From an uncultured Chloroflexia bacterium (GTDB taxonomy: Bacteria > Chloroflexota > Limnocylindria > Limnocylindrales > CSP1-4), in contig CAVTAW010000002.1 of the NCBI GenBank assembly GCA_963732805.1, forward strand, positions 538,463-602,462: DNA of 64,000 nucleotides, written 5' to 3'. Positions 1 through 9,513 of this stretch are shown here, in pieces; position 1 is the stretch's first letter, and every line of letters starts with the position of its first letter. The notes under the pieces are model-generated. The model was not told the DNA's origin. It did not search any database and worked only from the letters and a program-made list of their open reading frames with translations. The position numbers and the translations under genes were made by a program.

Positions 1-96
1 GCTACGTGGCGCCCTAACGTCCATCCCGGCTGCGCCCCGCGCAGCCTGACGCAGCACCGGAACAGCCCCCGCAGACGCGGGGGCTGTTCTCGTTCC
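1..96 (+). repeat. 3' tail of a further upstream copy of the CWB2 surface-protein repeat unit (last codons ..SYVAP, stop, terminator)
   Basis: Bases 1-96 read the same as 2856-2951. Bases 1-89 read the same as 5534-5622. TAA at 15-17. Confidence 0.9.
60..89 (+). terminator. Hairpin terminator candidate after surface-protein copy 0
   Basis: GAACAGCCCCCGC-AGAC-GCGGGGGCTGTTC: a perfect 13-bp stem with a 4-nt loop, 43 nt after the stop. The T-tract is weak (TCGTTCC). Confidence 0.6.
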
Positions 97-538
97 AGGG
101 CGCACTGATCGTCAGGAAACCACTCGTAGATGTCGTCCCAGCACTCGTCCACGGCTTGGTCGTGGCCCAGGAACTCGGGCCCGTCCTTCGCCGCCCGGCT
201 CTCGCATGGCGTCGACGAGGTCGGGTCGCAGGGCTGCCGTCCTCACGCGGAGCGGCTCACGGTCCAGATCGTGCCAGGTCGTACGTCGGGTCCAGCCCCG
301 CCGAGGCGGGACCAGGCGGCACGGCACAGCTGTCTGACGTCTCCGCCGGGCACCGCCGGGTCGGCGCGGTGATGGTCGATGGGCCCACCTCGAGAATGCG
401 CCCCAGGTGAACCCCCGAGTGGTTGCGAAGACCGTCCGTGCCGGGCTGGGCGATGCTACGATTCCTCCATTCGGCCCACATCTGCAGTGGCCACCAATGG
501 TCATGCGCATGGACCCACACAGGGGAGACGTGGTCAAG

Positions 539-2872
539 ATGCCCATCGCCAGAACTACTCGCAGGCGCCGCTGGGGTGTCGTAGCAGCCTCCGTCAGCGT
601 CATGATGCTCGTCACGCTGTTCGCCCCGCTCACGGTGTCGGCCTCCATCCAGGCTGCCACCACCGGGGCTCAATCGCCGAATCCGGTCACAGCCGGCAAC
701 AGCGCGACCTACTCGATCGCCGTGAGGAGCGGAAACACCTCACACAGAGTCCAGGTCACCAGCATCACCGGGCTCCCCACCGGGGCAGGGTTCAGTTCCA
801 CCTGCGCTCTCGCAAACTCGGTTGGCAATACGTCAATCACACTGACGATCACGACCAACGCGAGCACAACGCCGGCGGGCACGTCACCGTTCACCCCGCA
901 TCTCACGATGTACACCAGCGGCACCTCGTGTACGGGAGGCGTGAATGATACCGGCGACGCGACTGCTGGATCGCTTGTCGTCCAGGCGGCCGGCCCCGTG
1001 GATCAGACGATCACCTTCGACCCGATCGCGGACAAGACCTACGACCCGACCCTGGCGGTGCCGCTGACCGCGACGGCAACCTCCGGGCTGACCGTGACGT
1101 TCAGCTCCCTCACGCTGGGCGTGTGCACCGTGTCGGGTGCGAACGCGATCCTGGGTGACGGCCTCGGAACCTGCACCATCCAGGCCGACCAGGCCGGCAA
1201 TGGGTCCTACAATCCCGCGCCGTCCGTGACCCAGAGCTTCGACATCGGCAAGGCCGATCCGGACTGCACAAACGTTCACGGCTACTCGGACACCTATGAC
1301 GGCGATGCGCATGGCGCGGATGGCGACTGCCTCGGCGTCATGGGCGAGAACCTCGGCCAGATCGGCGGGCTCGACTACGGGGCGTCGTTCACCAACGTCC
1401 CGGGCGGCACGGCCAACTGGACGTACACCGACCAGACCGGCTTCTACAACGACGCGTCGGGCTCGGCAGCCATCACCATCGTCAAGGCCGACCCGATCTG
1501 CACCATCGTCGGCTTCTCGGGCCCCTATGACGGCGACCCGCACGGGGCCAGCGGCTCCTGCCTCGGCGTCAAGGGCGAGACCCTCGCCGGGCTCGATCTC
1601 GGTGACTCGTTCACGAACATCCCCGGCGGCACCGCCGTGTGGACGTTCACCGACGTCACCGGCAACTACAACAACACCGACGGCGAGGCCAACATCGTCA
1701 TCGGCACCGGCGACCAGACGATCACGTTCGGCGCGCTGGCCGACAAGCCCCTGGGCACCGCCCCCTTCGGGGTCAGCGCGACCGCCTCGTCGGGCCTGAC
1801 GGTCACCTTCAGCTCGACCACCACGGGCGTGTGCACGGTGTCGGGCACGACCGTGACCCTCGTCAACGTGGGCACCTGCACGATCAAGGCCGACCAGGCC
1901 GGCAACGGCAACTGGAACGCCGCGCCGTCGGTCAGCCAGAGCTTCACGGTCACGGGCGGTGGCGTGAGCCGGATCGCCGGCCACGACCGCTACGAGACCG
2001 CCGCGATGCTCTCGGCCGCGACGTTCGACCCCGGTGTGCCGGTGGTCTACATCGCGACCGGCCAGACCTTCCCGGATGCGCTGGCCGCTGGGCCGGCTGC
2101 CGGGCATGACGGTGGCCCGATCCTGCTCGTCACCAAGGACTCCATCCCGGCGTCCGTCGCCACCGAGCTGACCCGGCTGAACCCGGGCCGGATCGTGGTC
2201 CTGGGCGGCACGGGCACCATCTCGACTGCCGTCCAGACGGCGCTCGGCACCTACACCAGCGGCTCGGTCACCCGGATCGCCGGCTCCGACCGCTACCAGA
2301 CCGCCTCGATGCTCTCGGCCGCGGTGTTCCCTGTCGACGTTGACATCGTCTACATCGTGACCGGCCAGAACTACCCCGACGCCCTTGCCGGAGGCCCGGC
2401 CGCCACCCATGACGGTGGCCCGATCCTGCTGGTCACGACCAACTCGATCCCGGCGTCGGTCGCCGCGGAGCTCACCCGGCTCAACCCGGCTGACATCGTC
2501 ATCCTGGGTGGCACGGGCACGGTCTCGGCCGGCGTCCAGACCAGCCTCGCCGCGTACACCAGCGGCACGGTGACCCGCATCGCCGGCTCCGACCGCTACG
2601 CCACCGCCGCCGCGCTCTCGAACGCGACGTTCGGCACCGGCCTTCCGGTCGTCTACGTGGCAACCGGGCAGACCTTCCCCGACGCGCTCGCCGCTGGGGC
2701 GGCTGCGTCGGCCGACGGCAGCCCGATCCTGCTCGTGACCAAGACCTCGATCCCGGCGTCGGTCGCCACCGAGCTCACCCGGATCACCCCCGGCCGCATC
2801 GTGGTCCTGGGTGGCACGGGCACCGTGTCGGCCGCCGTGATGACCGCGCTCGGCAGCTACGTGGCGCCCTAA
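539..2872 (+). CDS. Secreted cell-wall-associated surface protein, copy 1. Domains: signal peptide, variable N-terminal Ig-like domain, 2 Ig-like repeats, 2 MBG-like (YDGD) repeats, 3 CWB2 repeats
   Basis: Part of ORF 407..2872. ATG at 539 (MPIARTTRRRRWGVVAASVSVMMLV..SAS) follows GGGGAG. Two DQTITF..CTV..QAGNxxY..SF units and two KADPxCT..YDGDxHGAxGxC units. Three RIAGxDRYxTA..PDALAxGxAA..PILLV..LGGTG units typical of cell-wall-binding repeat 2. Confidence 0.85.
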   Translation: MPIARTTRRRRWGVVAASVSVMMLVTLFAPLTVSASIQAATTGAQSPNPVTAGNSATYSIAVRSGNTSHRVQVTSITGLPTGAGFSSTCALANSVGNTSITLTITTNASTTPAGTSPFTPHLTMYTSGTSCTGGVNDTGDATAGSLVVQAAGPVDQTITFDPIADKTYDPTLAVPLTATATSGLTVTFSSLTLGVCTVSGANAILGDGLGTCTIQADQAGNGSYNPAPSVTQSFDIGKADPDCTNVHGYSDTYDGDAHGADGDCLGVMGENLGQIGGLDYGASFTNVPGGTANWTYTDQTGFYNDASGSAAITIVKADPICTIVGFSGPYDGDPHGASGSCLGVKGETLAGLDLGDSFTNIPGGTAVWTFTDVTGNYNNTDGEANIVIGTGDQTITFGALADKPLGTAPFGVSATASSGLTVTFSSTTTGVCTVSGTTVTLVNVGTCTIKADQAGNGNWNAAPSVSQSFTVTGGGVSRIAGHDRYETAAMLSAATFDPGVPVVYIATGQTFPDALAAGPAAGHDGGPILLVTKDSIPASVATELTRLNPGRIVVLGGTGTISTAVQTALGTYTSGSVTRIAGSDRYQTASMLSAAVFPVDVDIVYIVTGQNYPDALAGGPAATHDGGPILLVTTNSIPASVAAELTRLNPADIVILGGTGTVSAGVQTSLAAYTSGTVTRIAGSDRYATAAALSNATFGTGLPVVYVATGQTFPDALAAGAAASADGSPILLVTKTSIPASVATELTRITPGRIVVLGGTGTVSAAVMTALGSYVAP

Positions 2873-2944
2873 CGTCCATCCCGGCTGCGCCCCGCGCAGC
2901 CTGACGCAGCACCGGAACAGCCCCCGCAGACGCGGGGGCTGTTC
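971..2944 (+). repeat. Tandem direct repeat block, copy 1 (identical to 3649-5622, period 2678 bp)
   Basis: Translations in all three + frames and several - frames are identical between copies (for example 1296..1799 = 3974..4477 and 2371..2580 = 5049..5258). Identity starts abruptly at 971/3649 and ends at 2944/5622. Confidence 0.9.
2915..2944 (+). terminator. Hairpin terminator candidate after copy 1
   Basis: Same 13-bp stem and AGAC loop as at 60-89. Confidence 0.6.
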
Positions 2945-3219
2945 TCGTTCCGTGAACGAGCGGGACATGGGCTCGCAACCGTCAACGACGTGCCTGGGGA
3001 TCACGCATGGCGTGCACGGTGGACCATCCAGCAGCGGGATCAGCGTCGTGATGGTCGAAACGCCGCCGTCGAGAAACGCGCTTCAGATGGACCCGAAAGC
3101 CATTTGCGGAGTCCGTCCGTGCCGGTCGCCCGATGCTACGATTCCTTCAATCAGGCCCACATCTGCAGTGGCCACCTATGGTCACGTGCATGGACCCACA
3201 CAGGGGAGACGTGGTCAAC

Positions 3220-5550
3220 ATGCCCATCGCCAGAACTACTCGCAGGCGCCGCTGGGGTGTCGTAGCAGCCTCCGTCAGCGTCATGATGCTCGTCACGCTG
3301 TTCGCGCCGCTCGCAGTGTCAGCCTCCATCTCGAGTGCCGTGATTGGGGCCCAGTCGCCGAACCCGGTCCCCGCTGGCACCAGCGCGACCTACTCGATCA
3401 CCGTGACCAGCGGCTCTACGTCGCGCGGGGTCCAGGTAGTGAACGTTACCGGCCTTCCGACCGGCGCTGGATGGAGCTCCGACTGCATTGTCGCGAACTC
3501 CAGTGGCACCACGCACATCACCCTGACGATCACGACGAATGCGACCACGACGCCGGTCGGCACGACGACGTTCACCGCGTGGGTGGAGGCGTACAGCAGT
3601 TCGACGGGCTGTACCGGCAGTTTCAACGCCTTGGCCTTTCCCAGCCACTCGCTTGTCGTCCAGGCGGCCGGCCCCGTGGATCAGACGATCACCTTCGACC
3701 CGATCGCGGACAAGACCTACGACCCGACCCTGGCGGTGCCGCTGACCGCGACGGCAACCTCCGGGCTGACCGTGACGTTCAGCTCCCTCACGCTGGGCGT
3801 GTGCACCGTGTCGGGTGCGAACGCGATCCTGGGTGACGGCCTCGGAACCTGCACCATCCAGGCCGACCAGGCCGGCAATGGGTCCTACAATCCCGCGCCG
3901 TCCGTGACCCAGAGCTTCGACATCGGCAAGGCCGATCCGGACTGCACAAACGTTCACGGCTACTCGGACACCTATGACGGCGATGCGCATGGCGCGGATG
4001 GCGACTGCCTCGGCGTCATGGGCGAGAACCTCGGCCAGATCGGCGGGCTCGACTACGGGGCGTCGTTCACCAACGTCCCGGGCGGCACGGCCAACTGGAC
4101 GTACACCGACCAGACCGGCTTCTACAACGACGCGTCGGGCTCGGCAGCCATCACCATCGTCAAGGCCGACCCGATCTGCACCATCGTCGGCTTCTCGGGC
4201 CCCTATGACGGCGACCCGCACGGGGCCAGCGGCTCCTGCCTCGGCGTCAAGGGCGAGACCCTCGCCGGGCTCGATCTCGGTGACTCGTTCACGAACATCC
4301 CCGGCGGCACCGCCGTGTGGACGTTCACCGACGTCACCGGCAACTACAACAACACCGACGGCGAGGCCAACATCGTCATCGGCACCGGCGACCAGACGAT
4401 CACGTTCGGCGCGCTGGCCGACAAGCCCCTGGGCACCGCCCCCTTCGGGGTCAGCGCGACCGCCTCGTCGGGCCTGACGGTCACCTTCAGCTCGACCACC
4501 ACGGGCGTGTGCACGGTGTCGGGCACGACCGTGACCCTCGTCAACGTGGGCACCTGCACGATCAAGGCCGACCAGGCCGGCAACGGCAACTGGAACGCCG
4601 CGCCGTCGGTCAGCCAGAGCTTCACGGTCACGGGCGGTGGCGTGAGCCGGATCGCCGGCCACGACCGCTACGAGACCGCCGCGATGCTCTCGGCCGCGAC
4701 GTTCGACCCCGGTGTGCCGGTGGTCTACATCGCGACCGGCCAGACCTTCCCGGATGCGCTGGCCGCTGGGCCGGCTGCCGGGCATGACGGTGGCCCGATC
4801 CTGCTCGTCACCAAGGACTCCATCCCGGCGTCCGTCGCCACCGAGCTGACCCGGCTGAACCCGGGCCGGATCGTGGTCCTGGGCGGCACGGGCACCATCT
4901 CGACTGCCGTCCAGACGGCGCTCGGCACCTACACCAGCGGCTCGGTCACCCGGATCGCCGGCTCCGACCGCTACCAGACCGCCTCGATGCTCTCGGCCGC
5001 GGTGTTCCCTGTCGACGTTGACATCGTCTACATCGTGACCGGCCAGAACTACCCCGACGCCCTTGCCGGAGGCCCGGCCGCCACCCATGACGGTGGCCCG
5101 ATCCTGCTGGTCACGACCAACTCGATCCCGGCGTCGGTCGCCGCGGAGCTCACCCGGCTCAACCCGGCTGACATCGTCATCCTGGGTGGCACGGGCACGG
5201 TCTCGGCCGGCGTCCAGACCAGCCTCGCCGCGTACACCAGCGGCACGGTGACCCGCATCGCCGGCTCCGACCGCTACGCCACCGCCGCCGCGCTCTCGAA
5301 CGCGACGTTCGGCACCGGCCTTCCGGTCGTCTACGTGGCAACCGGGCAGACCTTCCCCGACGCGCTCGCCGCTGGGGCGGCTGCGTCGGCCGACGGCAGC
5401 CCGATCCTGCTCGTGACCAAGACCTCGATCCCGGCGTCGGTCGCCACCGAGCTCACCCGGATCACCCCCGGCCGCATCGTGGTCCTGGGTGGCACGGGCA
5501 CCGTGTCGGCCGCCGTGATGACCGCGCTCGGCAGCTACGTGGCGCCCTAA
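3220..5550 (+). CDS. Secreted cell-wall-associated surface protein, copy 2 (same architecture, different N-terminal domain)
   Basis: Part of ORF 3133..5550. ATG at 3220 with the same signal peptide as copy 1. Residues after the signal peptide, up to ..SLVVQAAGP, differ from copy 1. The rest is identical. Confidence 0.85.
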   Translation: MPIARTTRRRRWGVVAASVSVMMLVTLFAPLAVSASISSAVIGAQSPNPVPAGTSATYSITVTSGSTSRGVQVVNVTGLPTGAGWSSDCIVANSSGTTHITLTITTNATTTPVGTTTFTAWVEAYSSSTGCTGSFNALAFPSHSLVVQAAGPVDQTITFDPIADKTYDPTLAVPLTATATSGLTVTFSSLTLGVCTVSGANAILGDGLGTCTIQADQAGNGSYNPAPSVTQSFDIGKADPDCTNVHGYSDTYDGDAHGADGDCLGVMGENLGQIGGLDYGASFTNVPGGTANWTYTDQTGFYNDASGSAAITIVKADPICTIVGFSGPYDGDPHGASGSCLGVKGETLAGLDLGDSFTNIPGGTAVWTFTDVTGNYNNTDGEANIVIGTGDQTITFGALADKPLGTAPFGVSATASSGLTVTFSSTTTGVCTVSGTTVTLVNVGTCTIKADQAGNGNWNAAPSVSQSFTVTGGGVSRIAGHDRYETAAMLSAATFDPGVPVVYIATGQTFPDALAAGPAAGHDGGPILLVTKDSIPASVATELTRLNPGRIVVLGGTGTISTAVQTALGTYTSGSVTRIAGSDRYQTASMLSAAVFPVDVDIVYIVTGQNYPDALAGGPAATHDGGPILLVTTNSIPASVAAELTRLNPADIVILGGTGTVSAGVQTSLAAYTSGTVTRIAGSDRYATAAALSNATFGTGLPVVYVATGQTFPDALAAGAAASADGSPILLVTKTSIPASVATELTRITPGRIVVLGGTGTVSAAVMTALGSYVAP

Positions 5551-5622
5551 CGTCCATCCCGGCTGCGCCCCGCGCAGCCTGACGCAGCACCGGAACAGCC
5601 CCCGCAGACGCGGGGGCTGTTC
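3649..5622 (+). repeat. Tandem direct repeat block, copy 2
   Basis: See 971-2944. Confidence 0.9.
5593..5622 (+). terminator. Hairpin terminator candidate after copy 2
   Basis: Same hairpin as at 60-89. Flanking sequence diverges from 5623. Confidence 0.6.
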
Positions 5623-5648
5623 CCTGTCTGATGAACGTGCGGGAGCGT

Positions 5649-6662
5649 TCAGGTGCCCGCCAGGAGACGATGATCGGTGAGATCGCGCCGGATCCGGGCC
5701 TCGGCGCTCACGTCGCCCGGTGCGACGCGGTCAAGTGCCAGGAGCGCGGCACCCAGCACCGGTGGTGCGCGCAGGACCCGGACCGAAGCATTCGGGGCCA
5801 CGGCGCGCACGCGCTGGGCCACCGCGCCGGCCAGCAGCACGTCGGCCCCCCGGGCGACGCCTCCCGACAGGACGACGGGCACCTCCCTTCGTGCCAGCCC
5901 CAGGCGCCGGATCGAGGCGATCGCGAACGCCGCGCACTCGTCGGCCAGGTCACCGATCAGGCCGAGGGCGACCGCATCGCCGGCTGCCGCGGCCTTGACC
6001 GCAACCGATGCCAGCTCGCTCGTGCGCGCCTCCGCGATCCGTCCCGCGTAGATCGCCGCGGTCACGTCGGCCGGCCGCCGGAGCCCGAAATGGGCGGGCA
6101 CGAGGTCGGCCAGGCTCGTTCGGGGTCCCCTGCCGTCCTGCGCCCGTACCGCGGCCCCGAGGGCGCCCATCCCCAGCTCACCACCGCCGCCGCGGTCGCC
6201 GCTGATCGGGCCCAGGCCGGCGAACCGGGCTCGCCGGCCGTCGGGCCCGATCCCGACCGCGTTGATGCCGGCGCCGACGACGATGCCCACGCCCCAGCCG
6301 AGGGGTGATCCGGCGCGCAGCCCCGCGACGGTGTCGTTGTCCAGGATCAGTGTCCCGGCGATTCCCGTTGCTCCGTGAGCACGGGCCAGCGCCCGCCTGT
6401 CGGACGGCAGGTCCATGCCGGCGAGGCACAGGACGCCGATGGTTGCGACGGGCCGCCTGTCGCGCTGACCGAGGTCCAGACCCGCACGGGACGTCGCGCC
6501 GTCCACCTGCCGCCGCAGCCGCCGGGCAGCCTCGTCCAGGCCGACCTGCTGGTGCGACACGGTCGGTCCGCGCGACCCCACCACGACGGCGCCGTCGGCG
6601 GTGAACAGCGCGAGATCGGTCTTCGAGTTCCCGCCGTCGACGGCGAGGAGCAGATCGCTCAC
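5649..6662 (-). CDS. BadF/BadG/BcrA/BcrD-type ATPase, N-acetylglucosamine-kinase-like sugar kinase
   Basis: MSDLLLAVDGGNSKTDLAL.. N-terminal phosphate-1 motif. GxGINAVG and SGGV motifs of the ASKHA fold. Confidence 0.75.
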   Translation of the reverse strand: MSDLLLAVDGGNSKTDLALFTADGAVVVGSRGPTVSHQQVGLDEAARRLRRQVDGATSRAGLDLGQRDRRPVATIGVLCLAGMDLPSDRRALARAHGATGIAGTLILDNDTVAGLRAGSPLGWGVGIVVGAGINAVGIGPDGRRARFAGLGPISGDRGGGGELGMGALGAAVRAQDGRGPRTSLADLVPAHFGLRRPADVTAAIYAGRIAEARTSELASVAVKAAAAGDAVALGLIGDLADECAAFAIASIRRLGLARREVPVVLSGGVARGADVLLAGAVAQRVRAVAPNASVRVLRAPPVLGAALLALDRVAPGDVSAEARIRRDLTDHRLLAGT

Positions 6663-7309
6663 CCGCCGCCCGCCAGACCGGACGACGGACTCCCGGCCGC
6701 CAGCGAGTCGAGCGCATCCACGGTCACGAACGTCGCGCCTTCATCGCGCAGGCGCCGGATCGCCTCCTCGAGGGCGAGGGGGGTCGCGCTCGGCCAGCCG
6801 TGCAGCAGCACGATCGCGCCATCGCCGTGCGCCAGCGTGCCCCGGACCAGCCGGCCCTCGATCCGTCCGGCACTGCCACCGGCCCAGTCGCGCCCATCGA
6901 CGTCCCAGCCGACGTCCACGTAGCCGGCCGCCGCCAGCCGGTCGATCACCCGACGAGACCCGGCGCCGGCACCGAACGGACACCGGAACCACGGTCGCGG
7001 GTCCTGCCCTGTGGCGGCCAGGATCGCAGCCTCGGCCGCACGCACGTCGCGCACGATGCCGGCCCCGGTCAGCATCGTCATCCGCGCATGGTGGTGGGAA
7101 TGGTTGCCCACCAGGTGCCCGTCTTGCGCGATCCGGGCAGCCACGTCGGCCTCCGCCTCGGCCCAGCGTCCCTGGACGAAGAACGTCGCCCGGACACGGG
7201 CTTCGCCCAGCACGTCCAGGATCCGCGTGGTGACGCCGGGCTCCGTGGGCCGGTCGGCGCACTCCGCGTCGATCGTGAGCGCGGCCCGGAACGGCGGATC
7301 GGCGCTCAC
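6659..7309 (-). CDS. Polysaccharide/chitooligosaccharide deacetylase (NodB homology domain)
   Basis: TIDAE..TFFVQG..GNHSHHH..RCPFGAG motifs. 4-nt overlap with the kinase gene. Confidence 0.8.
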   Translation of the reverse strand: MSADPPFRAALTIDAECADRPTEPGVTTRILDVLGEARVRATFFVQGRWAEAEADVAARIAQDGHLVGNHSHHHARMTMLTGAGIVRDVRAAEAAILAATGQDPRPWFRCPFGAGAGSRRVIDRLAAAGYVDVGWDVDGRDWAGGSAGRIEGRLVRGTLAHGDGAIVLLHGWPSATPLALEEAIRRLRDEGATFVTVDALDSLAAGSPSSGLAGGG

Positions 7310-8430
7310 TTCTCGACCCCCGTGATCACGACCCCGCGGATGAACACCCGCTGGAAGATCAGGAACAGGATCACGGGGATCAGCATCGTCATCAGCGTAC
7401 CGGCCTGCACATAGGCCGGGTTGCGGTAGTGGATGCCGTTGAAGCGTTGCAGGCCGACCGCCAGCGGCTGGAGCTCGGGCTTCGTGGACAGGTAGATGAG
7501 GGGCTCAAAGAAGTCGTTCCACGAGTACACGAGGTGGAAGATCGCGACGGCGACGACCACCGGCCACGCCTGCGGCAGGATCACCGATACCAGCGTCCGG
7601 AACGGGCCGGCCCCGTCGATCGACGCCGCCTCGTCCATCTCGCGCGGGATCGTCAGCAGGTACTGGCGCAGCAGGAACACGTCGTACGCGTTGGCGAAGA
7701 AGGTCGGCACGAGCAGGGGCAGCCAGGTGCCGACCCAGCCGATCTTGGCGAAGATCGTGTACGTGGGCACGATCGTCACCGCCGCGGGCAGGAAGATCGT
7801 GGCGATCAGGATCGTGAACAGCAGCGACCGGCCGGGGAACCGGAACCGGGCGAAGCCGTAGGCAACCAGGGTGCACGAGGTGAGCATGCCGACCATGCCG
7901 ATGAGCGAGATCGCGATCGTGTTGAACAGCAGGCGCGGGAAGTCGATGAGGTCCCAGACATCGGCGTAGTTCTGCCACGCGGGGGACAGGGTCCACGCTC
8001 GCTCCAGCGTCCGCCACGAGCCATCCCAGGTGACGAGGCCTGCGCCCGGATCGGCCGGGTCCACGAACTGGCTCTGCGTCCGACCGGGCTTGACCAGGGC
8101 AAGCGTCCGGTCCACGCCGTCGATCGGGACCACGTACACGTCATAGGCCTTGCCCTCGAAGTCGAACGTCTGGGGCACGGAAGGCAGGAAGGGGGCATTC
8201 GTCTCGGACAGCTGGGCGGGTGTCTTGAGCGACACCATGACCGAGCGCAGGATCGGCGACAGGAACGCGGCCAGCACGACCACGATCACGAACGTGACGA
8301 TGAACGATCGACCGGCATCGCGGGCCTGGCGCGGCCTGATCGGCCGGCGCGGCAATCGCCTCACGCGCCTCGCGCGCCGGGTTGCGTCGGCGGTGGCGAG
8401 GTCCTGGAGCTGGCCAGCGCTGGTGTCCAT
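7306..8430 (-). CDS. Carbohydrate ABC transporter permease (MalG-like, with a large extracytoplasmic loop)
   Basis: Multi-TM protein with an EAA-type loop (..EMDEAASIDGAGPFRT..). Confidence 0.8.
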   Translation of the reverse strand: MDTSAGQLQDLATADATRRARRVRRLPRRPIRPRQARDAGRSFIVTFVIVVVLAAFLSPILRSVMVSLKTPAQLSETNAPFLPSVPQTFDFEGKAYDVYVVPIDGVDRTLALVKPGRTQSQFVDPADPGAGLVTWDGSWRTLERAWTLSPAWQNYADVWDLIDFPRLLFNTIAISLIGMVGMLTSCTLVAYGFARFRFPGRSLLFTILIATIFLPAAVTIVPTYTIFAKIGWVGTWLPLLVPTFFANAYDVFLLRQYLLTIPREMDEAASIDGAGPFRTLVSVILPQAWPVVVAVAIFHLVYSWNDFFEPLIYLSTKPELQPLAVGLQRFNGIHYRNPAYVQAGTLMTMLIPVILFLIFQRVFIRGVVITGVEK

Positions 8431-8439
8431 CGACCGGCG

Positions 8440-9405
8440 CTACCGCTCGCCCGCGTAGTACACCCAGCGCCGCGAGGTCCGGAAGACCAGCAGCGACACG
8501 ACCAGGGTCACCGCGAACAGCAGCCAGGCCAGGGTCGCGCCGTACGCCATGTTCTGGTAGGTGAAGAAGTTCTTGTACAGGTAGAGGTTGAAGAACAGGG
8601 TCGTCCCGCCCGGCTCGCCGGTCCCGTTGTTGAGCACCAGTGGGACCAGGAAGTACTGGAGGACCTCCACGATCCCCAGCACCAGGGTGTAGAAGATGAC
8701 CGGCGACATCATCGGCAGGGTCACGTGCCGCAGCGACCCCCACCAGCCCGCCCCGTCGATGCGCGCGGCGTCGTACAGCTCCGACGGGATCCCGCGCAGG
8801 CCGGCCAGGTTGACGATGATCCCGGACCCGATGCCCCAGATGCCGATGAACACGAGGGCGGGGTAGATGAACGCCGTGTCGTTGAGCCAGTTGGGCGGGT
8901 TCTCGACGCCGGTGAAGCGAAGGAACGCGTTCACCCAGCCGGTCTCGAGGTTGAGCATCCCCTGCCAGATCAGCACGCCCGAGACGAACGGGATGACGTA
9001 GGGCATGAAGAACAGGACCCGGAAGATGCCCGGGCCCTTGAGATTCCGGCTGTTGAGGGCCAGCGCCAGGATGAACGGCAGGATCATGGCCACCGGCAGC
9101 TGGAGCAGGGCAAAGCGGAACGTGACGCCCAGCGCGTCCCAGGTCTGCTGGTCGCTGAACAGGGTCTGCCAGTTGTGGAGGCCGACGAGCTGGAGCGGCT
9201 CCTCCTGGGCGAGGTTGATGTTGGTGAACGTGAACACCAGCGACGCCACCATGGGCGCGAGCGTGAACAGGAGGAAGCCGATGATCCACGGCGCGAGGAA
9301 GATGTACCCCCAGCGCGCTTCGCGCCGGGCGAGCGGCGACATCCGCAGGATGGCCGGCCGGCGCACGAACCCGCGGCGACCGGCGGGCGGCGTGGCGGCG
9401 GTCAC
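8440..9405 (-). CDS. Carbohydrate ABC transporter permease (MalF-like)
   Basis: Six TM segments and an EAA loop (..LYDAARIDGAGWWGS..). Confidence 0.8.
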   Translation of the reverse strand: MTAATPPAGRRGFVRRPAILRMSPLARREARWGYIFLAPWIIGFLLFTLAPMVASLVFTFTNINLAQEEPLQLVGLHNWQTLFSDQQTWDALGVTFRFALLQLPVAMILPFILALALNSRNLKGPGIFRVLFFMPYVIPFVSGVLIWQGMLNLETGWVNAFLRFTGVENPPNWLNDTAFIYPALVFIGIWGIGSGIIVNLAGLRGIPSELYDAARIDGAGWWGSLRHVTLPMMSPVIFYTLVLGIVEVLQYFLVPLVLNNGTGEPGGTTLFFNLYLYKNFFTYQNMAYGATLAWLLFAVTLVVSLLVFRTSRRWVYYAGER

Positions 9406-9513
9406 CCTGTCTGCCTCCGGGCGGTCATCGGCTCCTCGTGCGGTGCGCTGTGGCCGCGCCCGCGGTTGTGCGGACGCGGCCGGGAATGGCGGCCGGACCA
9501 GCCAGCCGCGGCG

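Noticed and set aside
97-430. Possible minus-strand gene fragment between surface-protein copies 0 and 1 (for example ..EFLGHDQAVDECWDDIYEWF.., and in another frame ..TWHDLDREPLRVRTAALRPDLVDAMRE..).
   Set aside because: The protein-like stretches are short and split over frames, with no start or recognisable family. It may be a decayed remnant, but I cannot support a call.
655-3648. Diversity-generating retroelement or cassette switch as the cause of the variable N-terminal domains of the surface proteins.
   Set aside because: The window has no reverse transcriptase, no template repeat, and no adenine-specific substitution pattern that I could see. The differences look like ordinary paralog divergence bounded by gene conversion.
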